Assembly (NCBI RefSeq): GCF_013315695.1
Contig: NZ_CP054353.1
Length of the DNA: 64,000 nucleotides
Direction: 5' to 3' (one strand)
Origin: Escherichia coli
GTDB taxonomy: Bacteria; Pseudomonadota; Gammaproteobacteria; Enterobacterales; Enterobacteriaceae
Shown here piece after piece: positions 1-11,973 of this stretch. The translations under genes were made by a program, and so were the position numbers. Each line of letters starts with the position of its first letter. Within the stretch, counting starts at the first letter, position 1. Below the pieces are notes generated by a model. It was given only the letters and a program-made list of their open reading frames with translations. It was not told the DNA's origin and searched no databases.

Positions 1-2911
1 AAGAGGGACGCCAGCGCAACAGGCCATCCGGCTGCACCTGCGGCAACCAGCCAGTTATCTGCACACCGTTGCAGGCGAGATCAATCTCCATACTCTGCCC
101 TGGCTGGCGACAGGCAATGACTCTGTCGGCAAGTTGCTGCATCTCCTGACACTGCGTTTCCCAGAAAATTTCACCAAAGGCACCATACGGCAAATCACCT
201 GCCGCCCGGAATCGGCGGAACAAGCGTTCGGCATCATCCTGCTCAACCAGTGCATTTAATAACTGCTGGTTGATTTGATAACGACTAAGCCCTTCAAGAA
301 TAAAAGGTTCGGTGTCGGGAATTTCGCTGTCTTCGGTACGGAAGTTCACCTGCAAACGCATCTGGAAAAACGCCCGCACCGGATGCGCCCAGAATCGTTG
401 TAGCGTCTCCAGCGGCACGGTTTCCGGCAAGGTAAACGGCAGCGGCTGAACAAATTCAGAATGTGCTTTACCAGCCTGGCTGGCCGCAGGTAGCCACTCG
501 CGCGCATAGCTTTGTCGTTCGCCTGGCTGGTAGTTTTGTGGATCAAACGGCATTCGGGTATGGAGGCAAGTAAGATGCGCTTTTACCCTTGCCTCGCTTT
601 CATCACAGTTGAGCGCTTCATCTCCCGGTAGATAATGGCTTTGCCCGATGTAGTCGATCAGTTCCTGCACCAGTACCGACGGGAAACGTTCACTGTTATC
701 CTGAATGGAACGCCCGATATAGCTGATATAGAGTTTTTGCTGCGCGGAAATTAACGCTTCCAGGAACAGATAGCGGTCATCATCGCGACGGCTACGGTCG
801 CCACGCTTCGGTTTCTGGCTCATCAGGTCAAAGCCCAATGGCGCAAGCTGGCGTGGATAAACGCCGTCGTTCATTCCCAGCAGGCAAACCACTTTGAATG
901 GGATGGAACGCATTGGCATCAGAGTACAAATGTTAACCGGTCCGGCGAGAAAACGCTGGCTGATACGTTCCTGATCCAGGCGCTGTGCCAGTTCATCACG
1001 CAATAGTGACAGCGGCACCGCGTCGCCATACTGTGCACCTAAACCTTCGGCGATAATCGCCTGCCATTGTTGTTCGATCAGCGTCATCGCCGCTTCGGTT
1101 TCCGCATCCGGCAGGAAGAAGGCGTTGAGCATATCGCGACAAACCGGCAACCACTCTTCCAGCGGACGCTCCTGCGCCAGCCCGCGACGCCAGATGTTTA
1201 GCTGCATTAGCAGTGAAGCCAGATGCCCCACCAGTTCTGCAATTAAGCCGCTCGATTCATCATAAGGTAGAACCGATTGCCACTCGCCCTGCGCGCTCTC
1301 CATCGCGTAGCCCAGCAACATGCGCGTCAGGCCAAACCGCCAAGTGTGTTGACCGGTAGCGGGGAGTTCCAGCTCGCGAACGTTGTCGTCATCTATCCCC
1401 CAACGAATTCCGGACTCGTTGACCCACTGGCGTAAATAACGCAGCCCTTCTTCGGTGATGTCAAACCGCGCCGCCAGCACCGGCACATCCAGTAATGCCA
1501 GAACGTCCTCCGACACAAAGCGGCTGTCTGGCAACGATAACAGGCTGATAAACGCTTCAAGTACAGGATGCGACTGCCGCGCCCGACGGTCGGAAATGGC
1601 GTAAGGTAGGTAACGATCCGCAGGTGCGCTACCAAACACAGCCTGAATAAACGGACTGTAGCTGTCGATGTCGGCCACCATCACAATGATGTCGCGCGGA
1701 GTAAGTGTCGGATCTTCCTCCAGCATCGCCAGCAGGCGATCGTGTAAAACTTCAACTTCACGCTGTGGGCTATGGCAAACGTGGAAGGTGATACTGCTAT
1801 CCAGTGGATCAAGCGGGCGTTTGTTATCGCTACGGGAAAACTCTTCGATGTTCACACCAGCAACGGCGCGGTTTTCCAGTTCCAGAATGTCAGACTGAAT
1901 GTTATGCAGCAGGTTATCTGGCGTCACATCGACAAAAGCGTCCAGCTCCTGGCTGCTCTCCAGATCAGAAAGGAGATAAATGTAGTCGCGTCCAAGCTTG
2001 CCCCATGAGGCCAGCAGCGGGTTGCCGACATCCTGTTCACCATCGCTGTTAAAGAGCTGCCCGGCATTTTCGCTGTCGCGAAATAACGATAATTCGCGAT
2101 CTTCAAAACTGTGTCGGCGCTGGCGAGTCAGCAGTTTCGCCAGATAAGCAGGATCTTTAATGTCGCCCCAGTAATAACGGCAGGGGTTGGTAAACAGGAG
2201 ATGGATTTCAATATGTTTACCCAGCGCCTGTAGCGCCTGGAGATAAACAGGCGGTAACGCGGAAATACCGCATATAAAGACGCGCGAAGGTAGCCCCGGC
2301 GGGCAGGTCGTCGCGGACTCCAGCGTTTCGATAAAGCGCTGATAGAGATTGGCGCGGTGCCAGCGCGGTTGCCCGAGTTGATGGGTATATTCCACCAACG
2401 CCTTCCACAACGGCGCTTGCCAGGCCTGTGCTTCTCCCAACCCTTCTACCAGATGTCCTGTTTCCCACTGTGCCAGCCAGTCCGGACGATAGACCAGATA
2501 CTGGTCAAACAGGTCCGCCGCTTTTGAAGAAAGCTGGAACAGTTTTCGCTTGTCGCTATCGTCAGTCAGATAATGCCGCAACAGGGTAAAGTCTTCGCGC
2601 TCCAACAGTTGCGGCAGCAGAGTCATCAGTTTCCAGCTCATGCTCTGTTTGTTAAAGGCGCTCTCTTTGGGGATCTCCGGTAACACCCGGACGAACATAT
2701 CCCAGATAAAGCTCGCTGGCAGCGGAAAATCAATGTTTGCCGCAATACCAAACTTTTGCGACAGGGTCATTTGCAGCCACTGCGCCATACCGGTACTTTG
2801 CACCAGAATCATTTCTGGTTCGAAAGGATCGTCCAGCCGTTCGCGTTCGACGATAAACTCCATCAACGCTTCCAGCACGTCCAGACGATTGGAATGGTAG
2901 ACCCTTAACAT
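1..2911 (-). CDS. recC: RecBCD exonuclease V gamma subunit RecC, N-terminal ~970 codons (3-prime end lies beyond window start)
   Basis: Continuous minus-strand reading frame from ATG at 2909-2911 (translation MLRVYHSNRLDVLEALMEF...) running off the window edge; not in the ORF track because no stop lies inside the window; matches recalled RecC N-terminus and K-12 synteny (recC-ppdC-ygdB-ppdB-ppdA-thyA). Confidence 0.85.
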   Translation of the reverse strand, partial: MLRVYHSNRLDVLEALMEFIVERERLDDPFEPEMILVQSTGMAQWLQMTLSQKFGIAANIDFPLPASFIWDMFVRVLPEIPKESAFNKQSMSWKLMTLLPQLLEREDFTLLRHYLTDDSDKRKLFQLSSKAADLFDQYLVYRPDWLAQWETGHLVEGLGEAQAWQAPLWKALVEYTHQLGQPRWHRANLYQRFIETLESATTCPPGLPSRVFICGISALPPVYLQALQALGKHIEIHLLFTNPCRYYWGDIKDPAYLAKLLTRQRRHSFEDRELSLFRDSENAGQLFNSDGEQDVGNPLLASWGKLGRDYIYLLSDLESSQELDAFVDVTPDNLLHNIQSDILELENRAVAGVNIEEFSRSDNKRPLDPLDSSITFHVCHSPQREVEVLHDRLLAMLEEDPTLTPRDIIVMVADIDSYSPFIQAVFGSAPADRYLPYAISDRRARQSHPVLEAFISLLSLPDSRFVSEDVLALLDVPVLAARFDITEEGLRYLRQWVNESGIRWGIDDDNVRELELPATGQHTWRFGLTRMLLGYAMESAQGEWQSVLPYDESSGLIAELVGHLASLLMQLNIWRRGLAQERPLEEWLPVCRDMLNAFFLPDAETEAAMTLIEQQWQAIIAEGLGAQYGDAVPLSLLRDELAQRLDQERISQRFLAGPVNICTLMPMRSIPFKVVCLLGMNDGVYPRQLAPLGFDLMSQKPKRGDRSRRDDDRYLFLEALISAQQKLYISYIGRSIQDNSERFPSVLVQELIDYIGQSHYLPGDEALNCDESEARVKAHLTCLHTRMPFDPQNYQPGERQSYAREWLPAASQAGKAHSEFVQPLPFTLPETVPLETLQRFWAHPVRAFFQMRLQVNFRTEDSEIPDTEPFILEGLSRYQINQQLLNALVEQDDAERLFRRFRAAGDLPYGAFGEIFWETQCQEMQQLADRVIACRQPGQSMEIDLACNGVQITGWLPQVQPDGLLRWRPS

Positions 2912-2923
2912 AGCGGCTCCTGA

Positions 2924-3247
2924 CTACTGACGATTCGGGCAATGCAGGCGGGTCATCTCGCCTTCTCTGCCCCCGGGTGAAACTAGCGTAACGCTGATGC
3001 TGACACATCCCGCCTGCGATGTCTGCATTCGGTTGACCTGCCAGTTAGCAGGTGGCGAAATCGCGCGCAGTTGCGTTTGCTGCCAGCCATACCGCCAGAG
3101 CTGTTGGTACTGGTTTCTGCTGGCAAGACTGTTCATTAATGTTCGCTGGAAACCCGATAACGCAGTGACAATCATCACCATCAACACCATCGCCAACATT
3201 ACCTCCGGCAGGCTAAAGCCTTGTTGATTCTTCAGGGAAGCTGACAT
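2924..3247 (-). CDS. ppdC: prepilin-like protein PpdC
   Basis: Track ORF 2924..3334 trimmed to internal Met ([24 protein letters not shown]...), giving 107 aa with a type IV prepilin-like N-terminus (GFSLPE motif); synteny. Confidence 0.8.
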   Translation of the reverse strand: MSASLKNQQGFSLPEVMLAMVLMVMIVTALSGFQRTLMNSLASRNQYQQLWRYGWQQTQLRAISPPANWQVNRMQTSQAGCVSISVTLVSPGGREGEMTRLHCPNRQ

Positions 3248-3639
3248 AACGCCCTCTCTTTCAGCGGACAAAAATCGCTCCAGCCGCGTGGCGAAAAAAC
3301 AATGTTTCCATCGATGACTTCGCCTGTTCGCCACAACGAAACGCCTTCATAACCGGCAATCAATAAGGCTTCATTATCTGCCAGTAAACGCAGACAAACC
3401 CGGGCACCGGTGGCAGCATACAGTAAGCACTGAACTGCGGGCTGCGTCTGCCAGGAGTGCATTTTTCCCCACTCCAGCGCCGACTGAACGATGGCCTGGC
3501 GGCGCAATGACTGACTTTCCATGCTCACGCGAGAGGCAAAACTGCGATCCTGTTGGCTCATTCCTTGTAATAGCAAGCTACCCAAAATCAGCAGCATCAG
3601 GACCAGAGCCAGTGACGAAACACCCTTTTCGCGGTTCAC
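3232..3639 (-). CDS. ygdB: DUF2509 protein YgdB (ppd operon)
   Basis: 135-aa ORF with hydrophobic N-terminus, located between ppdC and ppdB as in K-12. Confidence 0.8.
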   Translation of the reverse strand: MNREKGVSSLALVLMLLILGSLLLQGMSQQDRSFASRVSMESQSLRRQAIVQSALEWGKMHSWQTQPAVQCLLYAATGARVCLRLLADNEALLIAGYEGVSLWRTGEVIDGNIVFSPRGWSDFCPLKERALCQLP

Positions 3640-4199
3640 AGGTTGAATCCTGTCACGCTATAGCTGGCATTCACCACGGTTTGCGGTTCAGACTTACTGG
3701 CAGCACGCATATTAACCGTCAACACCGGCGAGAAGCCGCTGACATCCTGACGTACGACCTGAAAAGTGTCGATAATGATGGCATCCGGATTAGTGACTTT
3801 ATCCCAGCCCTTACCTTCACAGGATGTCGCACCGCGTAGCGTTTCCAGCACATGCTCCTTCAGACGAAATCCAATCTGGTCGGACTCTTTTACCGGTTCG
3901 CGATCCCAGATACCGTTACTGTTCGCATCCCACTGCACAATGACACAGTCACCCTGTCCGACAATTTCCAGCCCTTCGCCGGTACAGCTGCCATGACAAT
4001 AACCCGCCCTCTGGAGATGCTTCGCAACGGTAAATACCCGCAGCCAGATTTCATCTTCCAGCGCCAGCTTACGGGTGCTCGTTAAACTGTCACGCTGTAA
4101 CGCAGGCAGAAAGCGTGCAGCCCCCAGCAACAATACGCTACTGATCGCCATAGCAATCAACACTTCCAGCAGAGAAAAACCTTGCTCTTTTACAGGCAT
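3636..4199 (-). CDS. ppdB: prepilin-like protein PpdB
   Basis: Track ORF 3636..4439 trimmed to internal Met ([21 protein letters not shown]...), 187 aa, prepilin-like N-terminus; synteny. Confidence 0.8.
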
Positions 4200-4660
4200 C
4201 CTTCTGTTTCTCCTTGCTGACAAAGCCGGAGTCTTCCCCACGGCGAAACCACCAGCCACCACTCGCCCGTTGAGTTTTTGAAGCGAATATGCCCGGCCCA
4301 TGCGGTATTGCGCAGGCCAAAGAAAGCAAGCGAAGGTGTCAGATCGCTCATTTCGACTTCGGGCCAGCGTGGCACAAAGACCAATGGTGAACTGCCATGA
4401 CAGGTATTGGCCCCAGCAGCGGAACTCACAAGGCACCATAACGTCCCCTCCCTGATAACACTGATACTGTGGTCGCGGTTATGCCAGTTGGCATCTTCAC
4501 GTAAATAGAGCAAATAGTCCCGCGCCTGGCTGGCGGTTTGCCAAAGCCGTTGCGACTGCTGCCAATATTGCCAGCCATAGAGCCCACTTGCGCTTAGCAT
4601 GACCAGAATCAGCATCGCGACCAGCGTTTCAATCAGTGTATAACCACGTTGTGTTTTCAT
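4190..4660 (-). CDS. ppdA: prepilin-like protein PpdA
   Basis: 156-aa ORF beginning [19 protein letters not shown] (prepilin-type N-terminus); synteny. Confidence 0.85.
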
Positions 4661-4844
4661 GCCGGCAGTATGGAGCGAGGAGAAAAAAAGACGAGGGCCA
4701 GTTTCTATTTCTTCGGCGCATCTTCCGGACTATTTACGCCGTTGCAGGACATTGCAAAATTTCGGGAAGGCGTCTCGAAGAATTTAACGGAGGATAAAAA
4801 AAACCGACGCACACTGGCGTCGGCTCTGGCAGGATGTTTCGTAA

Positions 4845-5639
4845 TTAGATAGCCACCGGCGCTTTAATGCCCGGATGTGGATCGTATCCTTCAATCTCAA
4901 AGTCTTCGAAACGGTAGTCGAAGATGGATTCGGGTTTACGTTTGATAATCAACTTCGGCAGCGGACGCGGTTCGCGGCTTAATTGCAGATGAGTTTGATC
5001 CATATGGTTGCTGTACAGGTGCGTGTCGCCACCGGTCCAGACAAAATCACCCACTTCCAGATCGCACTGCTGCGCCATCATATGCACCAGTAACGCGTAG
5101 CTGGCAATGTTGAACGGCAGGCCGAGGAAGACGTCACAGGAGCGCTGATAAAGCTGGCAAGAGAGTTTGCCGTCTGCCACATAGAACTGGAAGAATGCAT
5201 GGCACGGTGCCAGCGCCATTTTATCCAGTTCGCCTACGTTCCACGCTGAAACAATAATGCGGCGCGAATCCGGGTCGTTTTTCAGCTGGTTCAGTACCGT
5301 AGTGATCTGGTCAATATGACGACCATCTGGCGTTGGCCAGGCGCGCCACTGTTTACCATACACTGGCCCGAGGTCGCCGTTTTCATCGGCCCATTCGTCC
5401 CAGATGGTGACATTGTTTTCGTGTAGATAAGCAATGTTAGTGTCGCCCTGCAGAAACCACAGCAGTTCATGGATGATGGAACGCAGGTGGCAACGTTTAG
5501 TTGTCACCAGCGGGAATCCATCCTGCAGGTTAAAACGCATCTGATGACCAAAAATGGAAAGCGTTCCGGTTCCGGTACGGTCGTTTTTCTGTGTGCCTTC
5601 GTCGAGCACTTTTTGCATCAGTTCTAAATACTGTTTCAT
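4845..5639 (-). CDS. thyA: thymidylate synthase
   Basis: 264-aa [66 protein letters not shown]..., classic ThyA sequence. Confidence 0.97.
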
Positions 5640-5645
5640 GGTTCC

Positions 5646-6521
5646 TCAGGAAACGTGTTGCTGTGGGCTGCGACGATATGCCCAGACCATCATGATCACA
5701 CCCGCGACAATCATCGGGATGGAAAGAATTTGCCCCATGCTAATGTACTGCACCCAGGCACCGGTAAACTGCGCGTCGGGCTGGCGGAAAAACTCAACAA
5801 TGATGCGAAACGCGCCGTAGCCAATCAGGAACAAGCCTGAGACAGCTCCCATTGGGCGCGGTTTACGAATATACAGGTTGAGGATAATAAACAGCACCAC
5901 ACCTTCCAGCAGCAGCTCGTAAAGCTGTGATGGGTGGCGCGGCAGCACACCGTAAGTGTCGAAAATGGATTGCCACTGCGGGTTGGTTTGCAGCAGCAAA
6001 ATATCTTCTGTACGGGAGCCAGGGAACAGCATGGCAAACGGGAAGTTTGGGTCAACGCGGCCCCACAATTCACCGTTAATAAAGTTGCCCAGACGCCCGG
6101 CACCAAGACCAAACGGAATGAGTGGGGCGATAAAATCAGAAACCTGGAAGAAGGAACGTTTAGTACGGCGGGCGAAGATAATCATCACCACGATAACGCC
6201 AATCAGGCCGCCGTGGAAGGACATGCCGCCGTCCCAGACACGGAACAGATACAGCGGATCGGCCATAAACTGCGGGAAATTGTAGAACAGAACATAACCA
6301 ATACGTCCACCGAGGAAGACGCCGAGGAAGCCCGCATAGAGTAAGTTTTCAACTTCATTTTTGGTCCAGCCGCTGCCCGGACGATTCGCCCGACGTGTTG
6401 CCAGCCACATTGCAAAAATGAAACCCACCAGATACATCAGGCCGTACCAGTGAAGCGCCACGGGTCCTATTGAGAAAATGACCGGATCAAACTCCGGAAA
6501 ATGCAGATAGCTACTGGTCAT
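5646..6521 (-). CDS. lgt: prolipoprotein diacylglyceryl transferase
   Basis: 291-aa polytopic membrane protein ORF immediately upstream of thyA (lgt-thyA operon arrangement). Confidence 0.95.
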
Positions 6522-6671
6522 CTGTCACCACAAGTTCTTGTTATTTCGCTGAAAGAGAACAGCGATTGAAATGCGCGCCGCAGGTTTCAGGCGCTCCAAA
6601 GGTGCGAATAATAGCACAAGGGGACCAGGCTGGTTGCCGGATACCGTTAAAAGATATGTATATGATCCGCG

Positions 6672-8918
6672 CTATAACCCTCCGCGAATCAGCCCGCCCA
6701 TGCCGCGACGCTCCATAAAGGCTGCAACCTGATGGCGAACTTCGGTCGCCAGTTGCGCTTCCAGACTACGCTGCGCAAGATTTTCTGCTTCAGCAAAATC
6801 AATGCGCCGCAGCAGGTATTTTACGCGCGCTACAGAACGTCCGTTCATAGACAGATGGCGATACCCAAGCCCAATGAGGATTGCCACGCACATGGGATCG
6901 CCCGCCATTTCACCGCACAAACGGAGATCGATACCATGTATTTCCGCTTCCCGGGCGATCATCGCCAGAGCTCGTAACATTGCAGGATGAAGACTGTCAT
7001 AAATGTTCGCCACCCGGGTATTGTTGCGATCAACGGCCAGGATGTATTGCGTCAGATCGTTGGTGCCAACAGAGATGAAATCGACCCGCTTTGCCAGATG
7101 CGGCAGCATAAATACCATTGACGGCACTTCCAGCATGATGCCGATACGTGGTTTGGGAATTTCGTAACCGATCATCTCCTCGACTTCACGTCCGGCACGT
7201 TCAATCAGGCGGCGTGCTTCGTCAACTTCATCGAGGCTTGTGACCATCGGCAACAGAATATTCAGGTTGCCCGTAGCGGCATTAGCACGCAGCATCGCCC
7301 GTACCTGGATCAAGAAGATCTCCGGCTGATCGAGCGTAATGCGAATCCCACGCCAACCCAGGCATGGATTCTCTTCGCTGATCGGCATGTAAGGCAGCTG
7401 CTTATCTGCTCCGACATCCAGCGTACGCAAGGTGACGGGTTTATCATTGAACATTTGCAGCATCCCCTGATACTGCGCCACCTGTTCTTCTTCCGACGGA
7501 AAGCCACTTTGCAGCATGAATGGGATTTCAGTGCGATAAAGTCCTATGCCATCAATACGGCTGCCCAGTTTTTCTTCATGTTCCGGGCTTAAACCGGCAT
7601 TGAGCATGACTTTTATACGCTCACCGCTTTTTAACTGCGCGGGTAAATTGACGTCATCTTCCGCCAGACGGCTAAGCTCAATCTCTTCACTAATTAGCCG
7701 CTGATATTCTTGCAGCAGTACCGGCTCCGGATCGACCAGCAATTCACCGCGATAACCATCGACGATCAGCGTCCGACGATGCAGTACCGAAGGCTGAATA
7801 TCCGCGCCCATCACGGTAGGGATCCCCAGCGCACGTACCATGATCGCAGCATGGGAGTTGGCAGCGCCATCGCGCACGACAACACCGACTAAGCGATCCT
7901 GGGGCAGCTCAGCAAGCGTTGTCGCTGACAGTTCATCTGCCACCAGAATGAAACGTTCCGGCCAGGCGTTCGGCCCTTGATTAGCGTCATCAAGATGAAA
8001 CAGCAATCGCTGGCCCAGCGCACGTAAATCGCCAGCCCGCTCTTTGAGATAGTTATCGCTTAGCGCGGCAAACTGTTCGGCAAATTTTTCAATGACCGTT
8101 TTTACCGCCTACTCTGCCACCGAGCCTTTATCAACCTCGGCAAACAATTCGCGACGCAGCCGGGTGTCCGAAAGCAGGTGCGAGTAAAGATCGAAAATAG
8201 CCGCCGTTTCTTTTTGTGCACCGGCGGCAAAGCGTTTGCTGTAGCGGCGAAACTCGTTTGCCGCTTCTTCCAGCGCCCCGGTCAGTCGTTCGCGTTCCAG
8301 AGCCGGATCCAGCGTTGATGCCTGATACACCTGTTCCATTAAAGGTAACGTGGCATCCTGCCAGCCTTCGGCAATCGCCACACCAGGTGCTGCCGGTAAT
8401 GCGCGGATTCGCGTCTGGCGATATTGCCCAAACAAGGCAGTCAACTGCGACTGAGAAAGAATAGCTGCCATCTGGGTGGCAAGCGTCACCAGGAAGGATT
8501 CTTCACTTTCGTCATACTGGCGCAACTCTCGTTGCTGTACCACCAGTACACCAAGCAACTGGCGACGTTGAATAATTGGTACGCCTAAAAATGCGCGGAA
8601 ACGTTCTTCTTTTACGGAGGGGACGTATTTGAATCTGGGGTGCTTTTGCGCATCTGCAAGGTTTATCGGTTCCGCCAGCCTGCCAACCAGGCCGACGATC
8701 CCTTCATCAAACGCGAGCGTTACAGTGCGACCGCGTGGTTTTTTCAGCCCCCGGGTCGCCATCAGGTAGTAACAACGTCGATCATGATCGGCAAGGTAAA
8801 CCGAACAGACCTCGGTATCCATCGCAAGACAGATGTCGGTAACCAGAATATTTAACGCCTCATTCAGGCGTGGTGCGCTGGCTACCTTTTCGACTATTTC
8901 GCGCAGGCGAGTGAGCAT
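6672..8918 (-). CDS. ptsP: PTS-Ntr enzyme I (GAF domain + PEP-utilising enzyme), reading frame interrupted by an in-frame TAG at 8109-8111
   Basis: Two track ORFs (8109..8918, 269 aa, and 6672..8006, 444 aa) are in the same frame and together span 749 codons; the upstream ORF ends ...DKGSVAE then TAG, and translation continues in frame as AVKTVIEKFAEQ...; the only interruption is a single amber codon. Confidence 0.85.
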
Positions 8919-8930
8919 AATTGGCGTGAC

Positions 8931-9461
8931 TTAACCTCTTTTACGTCGATAAGCAGATGCGTTTTGTGGTTTTGGCGTATTTTCCTGCAGTGACATCACC
9001 ACACTCGCGAACTCTTTCATTACCCTACGGTAGACATCACGTTTAAATGACACCACCTGTCTGACCGGATACCAGTAACTTACCCATCGCCAGCCGTCAA
9101 ACTCTGGTGTACTGCTGGTTTGCATATTGATTTCTGCATCGCCGCTCACCAGCTGCAAGAGAAACCATTTTTGTTTTTGGCCGATACAAACCGGCTTCGT
9201 GTCCCAACGCACCAAACGTTTCGGTAATTTGTAGCGCAACCAGTTACGCGTTGAAGCAAGGATTCGAACGTCTTTACGGCTTAATCCTACTTCTTCAAAC
9301 AATTCACGGTACATCGCCTGCTCTGCGGATTCTCCGGGGTTGATTCCGCCTTGCGGAAATTGCCAGGAGTGCTGACCAAATCGCCGGGCCCACATTACCT
9401 GCCCCTGGCGATTACAAATCACGATACCTACGTTTGGGCGGTAGCCATCGTCATCAATCAC
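8931..9461 (-). CDS. rppH: RNA pyrophosphohydrolase (Nudix)
   Basis: 176-aa ORF with Nudix box ([22 protein letters not shown]); position upstream of ptsP. Confidence 0.95.
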
Positions 9462-9599
9462 CGGACTACCTCAAAATAAAGCTTTATATACGAATGATTG
9501 TTTCATACTCCAGGAAGACGGTAAACCACTCTCTGCAGGGCATTACACACTAATAACAATTGAATAACTCACAGTTATGTGCAGAGTTATAAACAGAGG

Positions 9600-9960
9600 A
9601 AGGGGTGGATAGCCGTTTTTATTCACCTTTTCTGTGGATAGAGTTGTGAAGAACTACGGAATTACTACGGGAAAACCCGGAGCATTCTGAATAAGCCCGA
9701 TATAGACATTTTAAAATATTCATTATTAGTCAATGCATTACATGTAATTTTAGTAATAAAAAAGAGTAATTCGTGACCCAGGTCACACCTCTCATTTACG
9801 GGTTGGCGAAAGATCAACCAATGCCGTATTTATCCACAGAATGTGCCACTAAGTTAAGCACTGAACCACTAAAAACTGGAGTTTCGTCGCACGTCAAGGC
9901 TGTAAATGGAAACAGTAGTGGAGGTTTTTCACAGTTATCCCAGCTTTCTGTGGATAACAT
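9600..9960. promoter_or_regulatory. DnaA-box cluster in the rppH-mutH intergenic region, consistent with DARS2 (DnaA-reactivating sequence 2)
   Basis: Perfect or near-perfect DnaA boxes (TTATCCACA consensus) read directly at about 9624-9632 (tgtggatag, minus orientation), 9830-9838 (ttatccaca), 9923-9931 (agttatccc, degenerate) and 9942-9950 (tgtggataa); DARS2 is described as lying between the rppH(ygdP) and mutH genes. Confidence 0.6.
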
Positions 9961-10145
9961 GGTGTAAGATCCTGTTTATTTTCAGTGACCAGATTTGGAA
10001 AACCCATTGCAGTGTTGCGCAACGCGATTACCGGCAACCTAAAAAGCAATATAAATCAGAGAATTGAACAACGCCTGTGGAAAAAGTTACACTGCGAATA
10101 TTCGGCACATAATTGCTGTTTGTTTTTTAACCAAGGTATCGTGAC

Positions 10146-10835
10146 ATGTCCCAACCTCGCCCACTGCTCTCTCCTCCCGAAACTGAAGAACAGTTGTTAG
10201 CGCAAGCACAGCAACTTTCTGGTTATACATTGGGAGAACTGGCGGCACTTGCCGGGCTGGTTACGCCAGAGAATTTAAAACGCGATAAGGGCTGGATTGG
10301 CGTGTTACTGGAGATCTGGCTAGGTGCCAGCGCAGGGAGTAAACCTGAGCAAGATTTTGCTGCTCTGGGCGTGGAACTTAAAACTATCCCTGTGGATAGT
10401 CTTGGTCGTCCGCTGGAAACAACATTCGTTTGTGTTGCCCCGTTAACGGGTAATAGCGGGGTGACCTGGGAAACCAGCCACGTGCGCCACAAGCTCAAAC
10501 GCGTACTGTGGATACCGGTTGAAGGCGAGCGCAGCATCCCGCTGGCGCAGCGTCGCGTAGGATCACCGTTACTGTGGAGCCCGAATGAAGAGGAAGACCG
10601 GCAACTGTGCGAAGACTGGGAAGAATTAATGGATATGATTGTTCTCGGTCAGGTTGAGCGGATCACCGCTCGTCACGGGGAATATTTACAGATACGACCG
10701 AAAGCAGCGAATGCGAAAGCGCTTACCGAAGCCATTGGTGCCCGGGGCGAACGGATTCTGACGCTGCCACGCGGCTTTTATTTGAAGAAGAATTTCACCA
10801 GTGCACTACTGGCCCGTCATTTTCTGATCCAGTAG
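10146..10835 (+). CDS. mutH: methyl-directed mismatch repair endonuclease MutH
   Basis: 229-aa ORF; sequence and position match MutH. Confidence 0.95.
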   Translation: MSQPRPLLSPPETEEQLLAQAQQLSGYTLGELAALAGLVTPENLKRDKGWIGVLLEIWLGASAGSKPEQDFAALGVELKTIPVDSLGRPLETTFVCVAPLTGNSGVTWETSHVRHKLKRVLWIPVEGERSIPLAQRRVGSPLLWSPNEEEDRQLCEDWEELMDMIVLGQVERITARHGEYLQIRPKAANAKALTEAIGARGERILTLPRGFYLKKNFTSALLARHFLIQ

Positions 10836-10903
10836 CCATCGCTTTGACCTGCCGCTTTCCGGGCATATAATTACCGCTTCATTTTTTTGGCAGGGCTTTT
10901 TAG

Positions 10904-11617
10904 ATGTTATTTGCATGGATAACCGATCCTAACGCCTGGCTTGCGCTCGGTACGCTGACGCTGCTGGAGATCGTTCTTGGGATCGACAATATTATTTTCC
11001 TTTCTCTGGTGGTGGCAAAGCTTCCCACAGCACAACGTGCTCATGCGCGCCGTCTGGGGTTGGCGGGAGCCATGGTTATGCGTCTGGCGCTGCTGGCATC
11101 AATCGCCTGGGTTACGCGCCTGACGAATCCGCTTTTTACAATATTCAGCCAGGAAATTTCCGCCCGTGATTTGATTCTGCTTCTGGGTGGCTTGTTCCTT
11201 ATCTGGAAAGCCAGCAAGGAAATCCACGAATCCATTGAAGGTGAAGAAGAAGGGCTGAAAACACGCGTTTCATCATTCCTCGGCGCTATCGTGCAGATTA
11301 TGCTGCTGGATATTATCTTCAGCCTCGACTCGGTGATTACCGCTGTGGGTCTGTCAGATCACCTGTTTATTATGATGGCCGCCGTGGTGATTGCCGTAGG
11401 CGTGATGATGTTCGCCGCACGCTCGATTGGTGATTTTGTCGAACGCCATCCTTCGGTAAAAATGCTGGCGCTCTCTTTCCTGATTCTGGTGGGCTTTACC
11501 CTGATTCTTGAAAGTTTCGACATCCACGTACCGAAAGGTTACATCTACTTCGCGATGTTCTTCTCTATTGCGGTTGAAAGCCTCAACCTGATTCGCAACA
11601 AAAAGAATCCGCTCTGA
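10904..11617 (+). CDS. ygdQ: TerC-family inner membrane protein
   Basis: 237-aa multi-span membrane ORF; synteny downstream of mutH. Confidence 0.9.
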
Positions 11618-11754
11618 TACTCCGTACGCTCTCCTGCGGGAGGGCGTACTCACTCCTGTTACCCTCACAGTTTAAGATTTTCCTGCTTTCAAGATATATA
11701 ACGTCGGTTTATAAAAAGACTATTATCATAGGTGGGCCAAATGAGGATAACCGG

Positions 11755-11973
11755 ATGAAAAAATGGGCAGTAATAATTTCTGCAGTCGGACTGGCGTTTG
11801 CTGTTTCCGGGTGTTCCAGTGATTACGTCATGGCGACCAAAGATGGCCGTATGATTTTGACCGATGGAAAACCTGAAATTGATGATGATACCGGGCTGGT
11901 GAGTTATCACGATCAGCAAGGTAACGCGATGCAAATTAACCGTGATGATGTTTCGCAAATTATTGAACGTTAA
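11755..11973 (+). CDS. ygdR: small lipoprotein YgdR
   Basis: 72-aa ORF with lipoprotein signal (AVSGCSSD lipobox); synteny. Confidence 0.85.

Noticed and set aside
3636-4439. 267-aa extended form of the ppdB ORF, and similar N-terminally extended track ORFs (araE 515 aa, xdhA 765 aa, bglA 485 aa, yqfA 243 aa)
   Set aside because: The ORF track seems to begin at the most upstream possible start including GTG/TTG; the extensions overlap upstream genes and lack the expected N-terminal features, so internal starts matching canonical protein lengths were used.
9773-10200. Two small ORFs (64 and 71 aa) in the rppH-mutH intergenic region
   Set aside because: They coincide with the DnaA-box cluster (DARS2-like regulatory DNA); no ribosome-binding context seen.
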